DNA of 60,648 nt. Origin: an uncultured Pseudomonadales bacterium (GTDB lineage Bacteria > Patescibacteriota > Microgenomatia > UBA1400 > MFAQ01). The notes below the pieces were generated by a model. That model ran no database searches and was not told the DNA's origin. It worked only from the letters and a program-made list of their open reading frames with translations. How positions within the stretch are numbered: position 1 is the stretch's first letter; the number at the start of each line of letters is the position of its first letter. The translations under genes and the position numbers were made by a program. Positions 35,313-45,231 of the stretch are shown piece by piece. The stretch lies in the NCBI GenBank assembly GCA_964348455.1, contig CAYGCQ010000005.1:1-60648 (forward strand), read 5' to 3'.

Positions 35313-37358
35313 ATGTCGTCTGCGTCCAAAAGAACCAAAATAATTCAAGAGACTATTCAAAAACCCGCCACTTTTATTCAGTACTGTTTCTACGCCCTTT
35401 TCTTCATCACCCCACTTCTCCTCTGGCCTTTTACTTCCGAAGTTTTCGAATTCAACAAAATGATGTTTGTCTATGCAATGACCATCATCATAGCTGCCGG
35501 CTGGGCAGTCCGCTCGATCCAGCAGAAAAAATTCGAAATCGCCCGAACACCGCTTGACTTTCCCCTACTAATTTTTCTTTCCTCTCAAGTTATCTCTACA
35601 GTTATATCTATTGATAGACATACCAGTCTCTGGGGCTACTACTCTCGCTTTCACGGCGGTTTAGTTTCCACTTTCTGTTACGTAATCCTTTTTTACGCTC
35701 TAGTCACCCACTTTTCCGGACAAGGTAAAGCAATTCGCAATCTGATAAAAACTATTCTGGTTACCGCAGCTATTACCTCTTTTTATGCCATCTTGGAAAA
35801 AATGGGTGTCGACAAGCACATCTGGGTCCAAGATGTGCAGAACCGTGTCTTCTCTACCCTCGGTCAACCAAACTGGCTCTCGGCATATCTCATTGCCCTT
35901 CTTCCCATCTCCCTCTTTGCAGCAGTTAACACCAAGAGTATTAACTCCAGATTTGCCCACATTGCTCTGGCTACACTTTATCTACTGGCCATCTTCTTCA
36001 CGAAGTCTCAATCCGGCATAGGCGCAACAGCTATCGTTCTGCTCCTCTTCACCATAATAATAGCTGTCCAGAAGAAACAATCAAAAATCCTTATCGGCCT
36101 TGCAGTACTTATTGCATCTCTTGTGATAATTAAAAGCAGTGCAGTCAAACAAACACTCACCTCACTTAATAAGATTAACCCCTTCTTCTCAAACAGTCTG
36201 ACTATAGTTACAGAAGAAAACAAAACACGTATCGGAGGATCAGACTCCATGGCAATTCGTCGAATAGTCTGGGGCGGTGCTCTCGAGCTAGGCAAAAAAT
36301 ACCCCTTCTTCGGAACTGGAGTTGAAACCTTTGGCTACACATATTACTGGGTCCGTCCGGCAGTACACAACCTTACATCTGAGTCAGACTTCCTCTACAA
36401 CAAAGCCCACAATGAGTACCTAAACTTCCTAGCCAACACCGGTTTTATCGGTCTCTTCGCCTACCTCTTTCTAATCATTTCCATACTTCGGATATTCACA
36501 CCTCGTCATTCCCGACCTGATCAGGAATCTATACAAGTAAATTCCGCTGAACTTTCCACCCCTCTCCTCCTAGGCTTCATCAGCATTCTGATTACCAATT
36601 ATTTTGGTTTTTCGGTTGTCAATGTCGCCCTTTTCTTCTTCCTATTTCCGGCAATCTATCTATCTGCAATCAACCAATCGGGAACTTCTGTTCGAAAAAT
36701 TAATGTAAATGATGTCGTCGGTATCGGAGTAATCTTTCTTATGGCCACATGGCTTGTGTTCGGAATTAGAAAAATGTGGTTAGCTGACCTGGCTTTTACC
36801 GCCGGTAGAAGTAATCTTTCAGAAGATTTAAAAGCCATACAACTTAACCCCAGAGAACCTTTGTACTACGCCCAACTCGGAAACGTTCAATCTTTGGTCG
36901 CCGTTCAAATTATTGCTCCTCAGATCCAAGAAATGACGGCTACTACTCCGGCAGAACTTAGAGACAAAGGTAATGCCTATCTCAAACAATACACAAATGA
37001 TTCAATAAACAATATTTCCAAAGCAGTGCAGATGAATAAATACAACTTAAATTTACTAAAAATAAAAGCTCGCACAGAACTGACTCTTGGCTCATTGGAC
37101 CCTAAATATAATCGCGATGCTATAAATACACTCCTAAAGATAACAGAGCTCTCCCCAACAGAAGCTACCAACTACTATAACATTGGGGTCCTCTACACAA
37201 ACCTCGCTCAGACCGCATTAGAAACAAAAGCTCCTGGAGGTGGTTCAGAGTCTAGGTCAGAGCTAGAGTCTGCCAAACTAGCCTTTCAGAAAGCTATAGA
37301 TCTCAAACCAGACTACGAGGCAGCCAAAGACAAACTTAAGCTGTTGGAAAATAATTAA
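35313..37358 (+). CDS. O-antigen ligase-like (Wzy_C) polytopic membrane protein with C-terminal TPR repeats
   Basis: About 12 TM helices, the NKAHNEYLNFLANTGFIGL motif typical of O-antigen ligase/Wzy_C, TPR-like C-terminus. Contains an in-frame family A half-element (RHSRPDQESIQ). Confidence 0.75.
   Translation: MSSASKRTKIIQETIQKPATFIQYCFYALFFITPLLLWPFTSEVFEFNKMMFVYAMTIIIAAGWAVRSIQQKKFEIARTPLDFPLLIFLSSQVISTVISIDRHTSLWGYYSRFHGGLVSTFCYVILFYALVTHFSGQGKAIRNLIKTILVTAAITSFYAILEKMGVDKHIWVQDVQNRVFSTLGQPNWLSAYLIALLPISLFAAVNTKSINSRFAHIALATLYLLAIFFTKSQSGIGATAIVLLLFTIIIAVQKKQSKILIGLAVLIASLVIIKSSAVKQTLTSLNKINPFFSNSLTIVTEENKTRIGGSDSMAIRRIVWGGALELGKKYPFFGTGVETFGYTYYWVRPAVHNLTSESDFLYNKAHNEYLNFLANTGFIGLFAYLFLIISILRIFTPRHSRPDQESIQVNSAELSTPLLLGFISILITNYFGFSVVNVALFFFLFPAIYLSAINQSGTSVRKINVNDVVGIGVIFLMATWLVFGIRKMWLADLAFTAGRSNLSEDLKAIQLNPREPLYYAQLGNVQSLVAVQIIAPQIQEMTATTPAELRDKGNAYLKQYTNDSINNISKAVQMNKYNLNLLKIKARTELTLGSLDPKYNRDAINTLLKITELSPTEATNYYNIGVLYTNLAQTALETKAPGGGSESRSELESAKLAFQKAIDLKPDYEAAKDKLKLLENN
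36505..36545. repeat. family A palindromic element, half copy inside a CDS
   Basis: gtcattcccgacctgatcaggaatc followed by tatacaagtaaattcc (compare catcaaataaattcc at 13890). Confidence 0.6.
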
Positions 37359-37924
37359 CTTTTTTCTGACATTCCAGACTTCCAAATTTTCTCTGCTTCG
37401 TCCGGACCATATGAAGAATTAAGTAGCGACTTTACTGTCTGAGGCATCCCATCAAAAATACTCCTTGCTTTGCAATGCCTCACCAGAACAGTCAACAAAC
37501 CTAGTTGTAATCTCTCCAGTACCCCTGCGGCTTCGGGGTCTGTCTCATCTAGATCAAGAAAGTCAACATTAGTCCCGCTAGAACAATTTGTTTGAGCATC
37601 GATATGAGTCACAAAAATAGCCTCATCTGACCCATCCTCTTGAACCAAATTAAATGTAACTGTTTCAATTGGATTGTGGACGGCTTTGTTTCCAAAAAAC
37701 TCCACCAAATAACTTCGATCACACTTAATATAATAAATAGTATCAAAAAATCTCTGGATATAAAAATACTCAATTACTAACTGTCCATCCTTTTCTTTGT
37801 GGGTTGTAGCTATCTTAATCTGGTTCTGGGTCTCAGGTAAGACATATTCATAGTAGACACCTATGGCATCCGTCACCTCGAACAATACCTCATTTAGAGG
37901 GGTTTCCATTTCATGTCTCGACAT
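37355..37924 (-). CDS. hypothetical protein
   Basis: 189-aa ORF, convergent with and overlapping the previous gene's stop by 4 nt. Confidence 0.6.
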   Translation of the reverse strand: MSRHEMETPLNEVLFEVTDAIGVYYEYVLPETQNQIKIATTHKEKDGQLVIEYFYIQRFFDTIYYIKCDRSYLVEFFGNKAVHNPIETVTFNLVQEDGSDEAIFVTHIDAQTNCSSGTNVDFLDLDETDPEAAGVLERLQLGLLTVLVRHCKARSIFDGMPQTVKSLLNSSYGPDEAEKIWKSGMSEKS

Positions 37925-38050
37925 AGAATATTATATCAACATCATAATAAAACAATGCCGACCAACTGAGGCAAAAAGTAAGTGCCCACCAAAACAACAT
38001 CCACGGGCTACAAAAAAAGACCCGCCACTAGGACGGGCCATCAACGCTAT

Positions 38051-38392
38051 CTACTTATTGGCAAGAAAATTTTTTCTCCCAATATGTAGCATATAAACCA
38101 TCGCCATAACGGGGATTAAAGTTGTGAGCGCAGTCAAAATACTCACGCTAAAAAAGTAAATTAAAACCGCCCCCATAACTGCATCAAACATTAGAGACCA
38201 CGGAAGTAGAATCCACAACGGAGCGTCAAACCTCCCTAGCCTGACAACATCGGATATTACATCAGGCAAAAGGGCAATAAACAAAGTTGCCACAATCCAA
38301 AAAATAGGAAACTCGAAAAAACTTGAAACTGCGTATACAACGCCTAACTTTACAATTACCAGTATATTGTAAATCCACCAACTTTTCTTCAT
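38051..38392 (-). CDS. hypothetical small polytopic membrane protein
   Basis: ATG (MKKSWWIY..) 8 nt after GGAGG. The tracked longer start is rejected. 3-4 TM helices. Confidence 0.6.
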   Translation of the reverse strand: MKKSWWIYNILVIVKLGVVYAVSSFFEFPIFWIVATLFIALLPDVISDVVRLGRFDAPLWILLPWSLMFDAVMGAVLIYFFSVSILTALTTLIPVMAMVYMLHIGRKNFLANK

Positions 38393-38527
38393 ATATAAAC
38401 CTCCAACCAGTCTGTGATGTAAGTGTTCTTGCTGGAATATTGTAACACATAACACTATAAGTCTTTAGAGTATGGTAAAATCAATATATTCATTGTCCTC
38501 GCGAACGCGGGGAAATATACAAATAAT

Positions 38528-39064
38528 ATGCAAATCTTAATTACTCACGACCCATTCCTCCGCCGAGTGGCTAAACCTGTCTCAAAACTGGACAAAAAGC
38601 TCCAAAAGCAGATTGATGAAATGATATCTACCCTTAAAGCTTCCAAAGACCCTGAGGGTATAGGTCTGGCCGCCACTCAAGTAGGCATAGATCGGCGCCT
38701 ATTCATCGTAATCCTAAGTGGTAAGCCAGAAGTCTTCATAAACCCCGTAATCACCAAGAGCTCTGAAGCCATGTTCTCCACTGTCCACCCCAAGAAAAAG
38801 GATCGCTGGCTAGAAGGTTGCTTGTCTCTTCCCGGTATCTGGGGTGTCGTCGACAGACCTTACTCTATCGAAATTGACTACCTTACACCCGAAAATGGTG
38901 AACTAAAACCCCGTCACCGCAAATTTGAAGACGCCGAATCTGCCTATGTTCAGCACGAAAACGATCACTTGGACGGGATTCTTTTTACCGACCACATTCT
39001 CAAGCAAGGTGGACAGATACTAAGGGAAACCAAAGACGGCTTCACTCCCATCGACAAAATCTAA
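38528..39064 (+). CDS. def: peptide deformylase
   Basis: The three PDF motifs GIGLAATQVG, EGCLSLPG and QHENDHLDG. Confidence 0.95.
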   Translation: MQILITHDPFLRRVAKPVSKLDKKLQKQIDEMISTLKASKDPEGIGLAATQVGIDRRLFIVILSGKPEVFINPVITKSSEAMFSTVHPKKKDRWLEGCLSLPGIWGVVDRPYSIEIDYLTPENGELKPRHRKFEDAESAYVQHENDHLDGILFTDHILKQGGQILRETKDGFTPIDKI

Positions 39065-39105
39065 ATCCAAAAAAGGCCCCAACTTTCTCGTTGGAGCCAT
39101 GCTCT

Positions 39106-39582
39106 CTACTCGGATGAAACCAAGCAGCTATCAGGATACAATGGAGCCGAAAATTTCAAAAACTCGATTTCCTTAGGACAAGGGTCATCTCTCGACACCA
39201 CAATTACTTCAAAGCAACTCATCACGTCCACTACCCCAGGACAATAGATTCCCTTCGCATAAGCCTTTTGAGCCTGTAGGCTCTTCAGACTCGATTCATA
39301 TCTGACTCCGTCTACTAAGATTTCTTCCACCAGATATGAGTGCAGCCCCGGAGTGATTAAGCCCACGCATTTTTCCGGTGAAGCACAGAGCACTTGTTCT
39401 GTGTGGAAACCTTTTTCAATTAGATGAATCTTATAGGAGTTGCGGGGTTCTCCCGGCACCGCGTATCGATTTCTAACTTCCCTGGCCTGAGTAAACATGG
39501 TCACAATGATTATTAGCACTAGTACCGGAAGTCCAGCTACCATTAGTATTTCAAGCCAGTATTGCTTAATTTTCTCAATCAT
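39106..39582 (-). CDS. hypothetical membrane-anchored protein
   Basis: ATG (MIEKIKQYW..) after GGAGG, N-terminal TM helix, Cys-rich ectodomain. Confidence 0.6.
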   Translation of the reverse strand: MIEKIKQYWLEILMVAGLPVLVLIIIVTMFTQAREVRNRYAVPGEPRNSYKIHLIEKGFHTEQVLCASPEKCVGLITPGLHSYLVEEILVDGVRYESSLKSLQAQKAYAKGIYCPGVVDVMSCFEVIVVSRDDPCPKEIEFLKFSAPLYPDSCLVSSE

Positions 39583-39670
39583 ATAGCCTCCATTTAAACG
39601 TTCAGATAGCATATTTTACACCTGACATGCAAAATATTAGAAATATTCAATGTAAAATATAAAATATAAA

Positions 39671-40543
39671 ATGAAAAATCTTATCTATTTTGGCTCCCCG
39701 GACTTTTCCGCTCGGATACTGGAAACTATTATTAAATCCAAATTAGTTAATGTCGTCGGCGTGGTAACTACACCTGACAAACCTATAGGCCGTAAACAAA
39801 TTCTCACACCTTCACCCGTCTCTGAAATGGCTGGTAAGTACGACTTCCCAATCTACAAGCCTGAAAAACTCGAAGGAGGTAATCTGGCTCACATCAAACT
39901 TCTTAAGCCAGACATCTTCCTAGTGGTCTCTTTTGGCAAAATAGTTCCTAAGATCTGGCTCGAGACCCCAGACATAGGCACCTTCAACATTCATTTTTCT
40001 TTACTTCCCAAGTATCGGGGAGCACTTTGTATCTCCGAAGCCATAAAGAATCAGGACCAAGAGACAGGTGTTACCCTAATGGAAATGGACGAAAAAATGG
40101 ACCACGGCAACATCATTGCCCAAATAAAAGTTGGAATTGACACAAATGACGATGTCGCTAAATTGACCACAAAACTTACTCGGGCTGCAGAAAAAATATT
40201 GATAGATAAAATACCCGAAATCTGTGCCCAGAACTACACCTCTACTTCCCAAGACGAATCCCTGGTAACTTTTACTTCAAGCCATAAATCAATTTCTCAC
40301 GTTTCTGCCCTAGTCCCCGCCGTGAAAATTTTTAAAGCCCTAAAAGGAGTCGATGCTAACACTGTTCACGCGTTAATCAGATCTCTAAATCCAGAACCTG
40401 GTGCTTGGACACATATAGGAGGGATAGACATAAAAATTTTAAAGACATACCTAGTCGACCACAAGCTAGTTATAGATACTGTCCAGATACCAGGTAAAAA
40501 CCCAACATCATGGAAACAGTTCCTTTCCGGCCACAAAATTTAA
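39671..40543 (+). CDS. fmt: methionyl-tRNA formyltransferase
   Basis: Formyltransferase motifs (..NIHFSLLPKYRGA..), def-fmt neighbourhood. Confidence 0.9.
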   Translation: MKNLIYFGSPDFSARILETIIKSKLVNVVGVVTTPDKPIGRKQILTPSPVSEMAGKYDFPIYKPEKLEGGNLAHIKLLKPDIFLVVSFGKIVPKIWLETPDIGTFNIHFSLLPKYRGALCISEAIKNQDQETGVTLMEMDEKMDHGNIIAQIKVGIDTNDDVAKLTTKLTRAAEKILIDKIPEICAQNYTSTSQDESLVTFTSSHKSISHVSALVPAVKIFKALKGVDANTVHALIRSLNPEPGAWTHIGGIDIKILKTYLVDHKLVIDTVQIPGKNPTSWKQFLSGHKI

Positions 40544-41226
40544 CGATTCAAGAAAATCATATCTGCCAAATTGTAGTACCTCTTCGGATCACTACTCAAA
40601 AGCACACTAGACTCGATATCAATCTTATTACTAAGGTAAACCGGCATTAAAGATCTTTTTTTGCCAATACACTCACCGACCGAAATAGTAAACTCATCCC
40701 CACTCTTGATCACCCTGTAAGCTAAGACCATTGAGGCTATGGCAACTTCCCCATTAATCCCCTTGCCAAAGTCATCAACGTCAAAATTCTGTTCAAAAAA
40801 AACCTCACCATCAGAGGTTTGCTGAACTTTGAATTTCTTATACTTAGGCGAGAACATCAAAAAGAGCTCTTCACCATTACTATCTAAATAATCAATCAAG
40901 CCAAAGATATCTCTACCGCCGTTTACCATTCCACCGATATCTCTTTCGTCCACATTTTTAAGAAGAGCACTAACCTCCAGCATCACAATCGAAAGATTAC
41001 CTTCATCGGTGTAGGTGCAAACAACCCCTTTATCAACAAAATTAGCTATGATTTCAGCCTGATCGTTCATCACACAGTGAAATTCCCCAAATCGACTATC
41101 GACGACTACACCCCCACCTTCAGTATTGGAGACATAAGAACCACCCGAAAAATCTATATCAATGAATTTCTTGAAGAACTCGCCTCCCTTAGGCATTAGT
41201 TGCAACTGATTGAGCCGCTCGCTCAC
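40540..41226 (-). CDS. hypothetical protein
   Basis: 228-aa ORF downstream of rpmB. The start is uncertain (Met1 at 41226 or Met11 at 41196). Confidence 0.55.
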   Translation of the reverse strand: MSERLNQLQLMPKGGEFFKKFIDIDFSGGSYVSNTEGGGVVVDSRFGEFHCVMNDQAEIIANFVDKGVVCTYTDEGNLSIVMLEVSALLKNVDERDIGGMVNGGRDIFGLIDYLDSNGEELFLMFSPKYKKFKVQQTSDGEVFFEQNFDVDDFGKGINGEVAIASMVLAYRVIKSGDEFTISVGECIGKKRSLMPVYLSNKIDIESSVLLSSDPKRYYNLADMIFLNR

Positions 41227-41413
41227 CTACTCTAAGTGACCTCTTACAGGTTGTGCAAACCTTAATCTTGACTCTCTGTGCATCAATCACTAAGTGGTGA
41301 GTATGTAGATTTGGTCTGCGGATGCGTTTAGTTTTCCGTTTCGAGAAACTAACCTTTTGGGCATTTTGAACACCTTTGCCACACATCACACAACCATATT
41401 TTTCTTTTTCCAT
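41189..41413 (-). CDS. rpmB: 50S ribosomal protein L28
   Basis: C.MCGKG..N..VS.S.RKTKR...PNLH..H core typical of L28. Confidence 0.8.
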   Translation of the reverse strand: MEKEKYGCVMCGKGVQNAQKVSFSKRKTKRIRRPNLHTHHLVIDAQRVKIKVCTTCKRSLRVGERAAQSVATNA

Positions 41414-41460
41414 GAGTGAAATTTTATCACATCGGAGCCTATTTTGCCTCCATACCTTCT

Positions 41461-41545
41461 GTCATTCCTGGCTTGAACAGGAATCCATTAAACCAGTACC
41501 GAATTTTGAAGTTATTTCATGGATTTCAGCCTTCGCAGGAATGAC
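41461..41545. repeat. family A MITE-like palindromic element, full intergenic copy
   Basis: gtcattcctgg .. gcaggaatgac terminal inverted repeats. Same 85-bp length and layout as 29410..29494. Confidence 0.8.
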
Positions 41546-41574
41546 ACTATTAATCGATTATAATAGAATAAACC

Positions 41575-42198
41575 ATGCTTCTTATCATCTTCATCCTAAA
41601 CGTAATTTATCTGGTCCTAGCCATCAGTATTCATGAGTTCGCTCACGCCCTAACTGCAGACCGATTAGGAGACCCTACAGCAAGGGTTGCTGGCAGACTC
41701 ACCCTAAACCCTTTTGTTCATATTGATCCTGTTGGCACTATTATCCTTCCACTTAGTCTCTTACTCATTTCAGGAGGCTCATTTGCCTATGGCTGGGGAA
41801 AACCAACCCCTTTCGACCCCTACAACCTCAAAAACCCAAGACGCGACTCGGCCATCATCTCCATCGCCGGACCTATCAGCAACCTTCTCTTGGCGACTCT
41901 AGTAGCTATCATCATTCGCTTCACTCCTTTTGTCTTTTCTGTATTTTTAACCCCCTTGATCCTTATTAACATTGGACTTGCTGTCTTCAACCTAATCCCC
42001 GTTGGCCCACTCGATGGCCAAAAAATCATCTTTGGTATTCTTCCAAGAGATCTTGCTTATGAATTTCAGGCCGTTATGAATCGTTATGGAATGCTGATTC
42101 TCCTTTTCCTAATCTTCCCCTTTTTCGGCGGTGAAGCTCCTATCATGTCCATCATCACACCCCCTATCCGCTTCCTGGCCGGAATCCTTATTCCCTAA
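41575..42198 (+). CDS. M50-family (site-2 protease-like) membrane metalloprotease
   Basis: HEFAHA zinc motif and FNLIPVGPLDG motif. Confidence 0.85.
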   Translation: MLLIIFILNVIYLVLAISIHEFAHALTADRLGDPTARVAGRLTLNPFVHIDPVGTIILPLSLLLISGGSFAYGWGKPTPFDPYNLKNPRRDSAIISIAGPISNLLLATLVAIIIRFTPFVFSVFLTPLILINIGLAVFNLIPVGPLDGQKIIFGILPRDLAYEFQAVMNRYGMLILLFLIFPFFGGEAPIMSIITPPIRFLAGILIP

Positions 42199-42824
42199 AG
42201 GCTCCTTCTTCTAGAAATAAAGCTAAACACACCAACTACCAAGAGCAAGACACCAAAGCCTAGCAAGGCAATTTTAAAGATAGTAGAGAGTGCACTCCCA
42301 AGCCCTGATTCACCAGGTTCCTGAACCATAGCCTGAGTTGGTAAAACCACATTATTCTTCGTTACAGCCGTAGGTGTAGGAGTCGGAGTTACAATGGGAG
42401 CAGAAGCGATACCGGCACCAAAGTTTATAGGCTCAACAAATCCAGTCAAAAGCACGTCTTCCGAAGGTGTATTTCCATACCCGTCGGTTTCTACAGTAAT
42501 GAAAATCCTAACAAACTTGATATCGGTAATCGAGGATAACTTACCATTCATTATTTCTCCAAGTCTCTTTTGTTTTCCACCGTCATCTTCAACCCAGGCT
42601 ACATACCTATTTTTCTCCGGTGACAAAGCGATTTTAAGCTCACGACAAGTCATAAGAATTTTGTACGTTCCGTCAATGAATACCGAGGCAGTATAACAAG
42701 ATCCTGAAGTACCGGTTCCCCTAAGGTTTATTACACCCTCATTAGCTGAAGCCGATTTAGGAGAAAAGAGAACCACACCAAATAAAACCGCAGAGATTAT
42801 GCCAGAAAATATTGTCTTTTTCAT
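42195..42824 (-). CDS. hypothetical secreted protein with a C-terminal TM anchor
   Basis: Signal peptide from MKKTIFSGIISAV.., Thr/Pro linker, C-terminal TM helix plus RRRS. Confidence 0.6.
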   Translation of the reverse strand: MKKTIFSGIISAVLFGVVLFSPKSASANEGVINLRGTGTSGSCYTASVFIDGTYKILMTCRELKIALSPEKNRYVAWVEDDGGKQKRLGEIMNGKLSSITDIKFVRIFITVETDGYGNTPSEDVLLTGFVEPINFGAGIASAPIVTPTPTPTAVTKNNVVLPTQAMVQEPGESGLGSALSTIFKIALLGFGVLLLVVGVFSFISRRRSL

Positions 42825-42901
42825 ACTATATAGATGATACAACAAATTCAATCCATGAAAAAGACGGGTCTCAACTCGGAATTGTCTAGCATTTTTGAGT
42901 A

Positions 42902-44494
42902 TTAGAGTTTTTTGACCACATACTCCCCTTCCAATTCATACCCAAGCTTCTTGTAGTACTCTCTCGTGCCTATCGCAGAGATTACAGCCATCTTTCCGTA
43001 GCCACGCTCTTTAGCAATTTGTTCTGCCTTCACCAGAAGTCTTTTACCCAATCCCCTATGCTGGCTTTCCTCCCCTTTACCATCATTGCGAAATTCAGTA
43101 CTCTGAACTGAAGCAATCCCCGACTCGGAGATTGCCGCGTCGATTTTGGCTCCTCGCAATGACGAAATTTCCTTCACCTGCCCATAGGTATGAACCTCTC
43201 GAATAATAGCCGCCCCTTCAAGTTCTGGAAACAGCATCTTTTCACCCTTTTCGGGCAACCTCAACCGCAACATCGAAAACAGACTGTCTACACTCTCAAA
43301 TGATAGAAATAGTTCTTTCCCGCCCAATGTTTCTCTCTCATCAATTATCAATTTTACATCCGCATCGTAGATACCGGCTCTCACTTCACGACACCTTATG
43401 CAAAGACATTTTTTACCTTCCTTTTTTAGTTCTTGCTGCAATATTTGTCTCAAATTAGTCCTCAGAGTTCCGGAGCTCACCCACTTCTTACTAATATCTC
43501 TCACAAGCCTATCTATTCGACACCATCTAGGAGTTAAGGCCTTTACCTCTTTCAAAACTCTTTTAAGGTCTTCATCTTCATAGCTTACATACTCCCCTCT
43601 TTCCCACATCTTATGTAGTTCTGTGGTCGGGATTACCATGGCCGGGTAAACCTTCAGATAGTCCGGTTCAAATCTGGGGTCACTAAACATAATCTTTGCC
43701 ATCTCGATATCTTTTTCCGGTGTGCTTCCGGGCAAGTTTGGCATAAAGTGATAACAAATCTTTACTCCTGCGTTCCTACACATCCTAGTAGCTTCTGCTA
43801 CCTCACCTAGGCTATGTCCCCTATTAATTTTTTTCAGAACTTCTTCATCAAACGCCTGAACCCCTAATTGAACTTTTGTCACTCCCATTTTTCTCCATAG
43901 AATTATTTCTTGCTCTGTCACCCAGTCAGGCCTCGTTTCTACCGAAATTCCAACAACTCTTCTCTTCCCGGCCTCATTAAATTTTTGCGCTTCTTCCAAA
44001 GTTTGAGCGACAAACCCATTTACCCCATCAAACATGCCCTTAAAAAATTCTAGTTTGTAATCATCCGGATAAGCCGAAAAAGTTCCGCCAATAACAATCA
44101 AATCAATTTTGTCGGTAATGTGGCCCGTTTCCTCCATCTGCTTTATTCTCATCTCTACTTGCAAATAAGGATCAAAGTTGAGTTTCTTGGCTCTCTGTGC
44201 CGCCGGTTCGTCTGACAAATAGGACTTCGGCATGCCTTCTTCAAGTGGACAATAAACACAGTTACCTGGACAGTAGTGAGGCTTCATCATAACCGCAAAC
44301 GGTGCCACGCCGGACTCAGTCCTGACACTGCGTGTTCTATAAAGTTCTTTTATTTCATTATCATATATATAGGGCCAAATCTCGGAGTTTTTCGGCATTC
44401 TTCCCAGAACTTTCGCCCATGCACGTCGATACTCCTCCAAATTTTCAGGAGTAACTTTTTCCGCGTCTCTTCGTACTAATTCTTCGATTGACAT
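42902..44494 (-). CDS. elp3: Elp3-type radical SAM/GNAT tRNA-modification enzyme
   Basis: Radical SAM CPGNCVYC cluster motif in the N-terminal third. C-terminal GNAT with HRGLGKRLL acetyl-CoA motif. Overall Elp3 length and order. Confidence 0.75.
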   Translation of the reverse strand: MSIEELVRRDAEKVTPENLEEYRRAWAKVLGRMPKNSEIWPYIYDNEIKELYRTRSVRTESGVAPFAVMMKPHYCPGNCVYCPLEEGMPKSYLSDEPAAQRAKKLNFDPYLQVEMRIKQMEETGHITDKIDLIVIGGTFSAYPDDYKLEFFKGMFDGVNGFVAQTLEEAQKFNEAGKRRVVGISVETRPDWVTEQEIILWRKMGVTKVQLGVQAFDEEVLKKINRGHSLGEVAEATRMCRNAGVKICYHFMPNLPGSTPEKDIEMAKIMFSDPRFEPDYLKVYPAMVIPTTELHKMWERGEYVSYEDEDLKRVLKEVKALTPRWCRIDRLVRDISKKWVSSGTLRTNLRQILQQELKKEGKKCLCIRCREVRAGIYDADVKLIIDERETLGGKELFLSFESVDSLFSMLRLRLPEKGEKMLFPELEGAAIIREVHTYGQVKEISSLRGAKIDAAISESGIASVQSTEFRNDGKGEESQHRGLGKRLLVKAEQIAKERGYGKMAVISAIGTREYYKKLGYELEGEYVVKKL

Positions 44495-44577
44495 CCTCTA
44501 TATTGTACTCGAGAAGGACTCCGAACCCATAATGATGATAAAATACTCCAAATCTTACTTTAACAAAGGAGCTTCAA

Positions 44578-45126
44578 ATGCATAACATTTACGAAGAGTA
44601 CATTGAACCATTATTAGGTTTAGTCGTTTTTGTTCTCATCATTTTAGCAATTGGCTTTGTGTGCAATGGGATTATGAAATTATCTTTTGCAGATCTAGTA
44701 CCAACCTCTCAATTTTATGACAATGTCGGAATTTCCGGATCTCACAACTTCGCTGTCTTGGATAGTACGGGGTCAGAGGTAAATGGCGACATACATGGCC
44801 AAACTGCTTTCTTTCTTTTTGTCGGTGCCGGATCGATTGACGGTCAGTTCCATCAAGGTGATGTAGTCCAAATTAAGTGGGTCACACCGGATGGCTTAAC
44901 TCAGATCGCTTCAGTTCCATATTCAATGATTAAGTGGGACTACGATAGTGCCTATACTTCACCGTATTTTGAGTTCAATTTTTCTCAAGCACACCTGAAC
45001 CAAATGATCTCAAACACGACAGAGTTGATAAATTACAACACTGTCTTCCCCAACGCAGATGCCATTACTATTCATTGCACCTACGATCAGTACTACCAGG
45101 ACATAGAGTCCAAAATTGCTAAGTAA
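44578..45126 (+). CDS. hypothetical membrane-anchored protein
   Basis: AAGGAG RBS, N-terminal TM helix, terminator at about 45136-45168. Confidence 0.6.
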   Translation: MHNIYEEYIEPLLGLVVFVLIILAIGFVCNGIMKLSFADLVPTSQFYDNVGISGSHNFAVLDSTGSEVNGDIHGQTAFFLFVGAGSIDGQFHQGDVVQIKWVTPDGLTQIASVPYSMIKWDYDSAYTSPYFEFNFSQAHLNQMISNTTELINYNTVFPNADAITIHCTYDQYYQDIESKIAK

Positions 45127-45231
45127 CAGTACTCTCTCCACCGGCCGCCAACGCGGCCGGTTTTTTATGAATTATATATCTCTGTATAATGCAGAGTGGA
45201 ATTAACGCACTTTAAACCACTTTGGAGGCTT

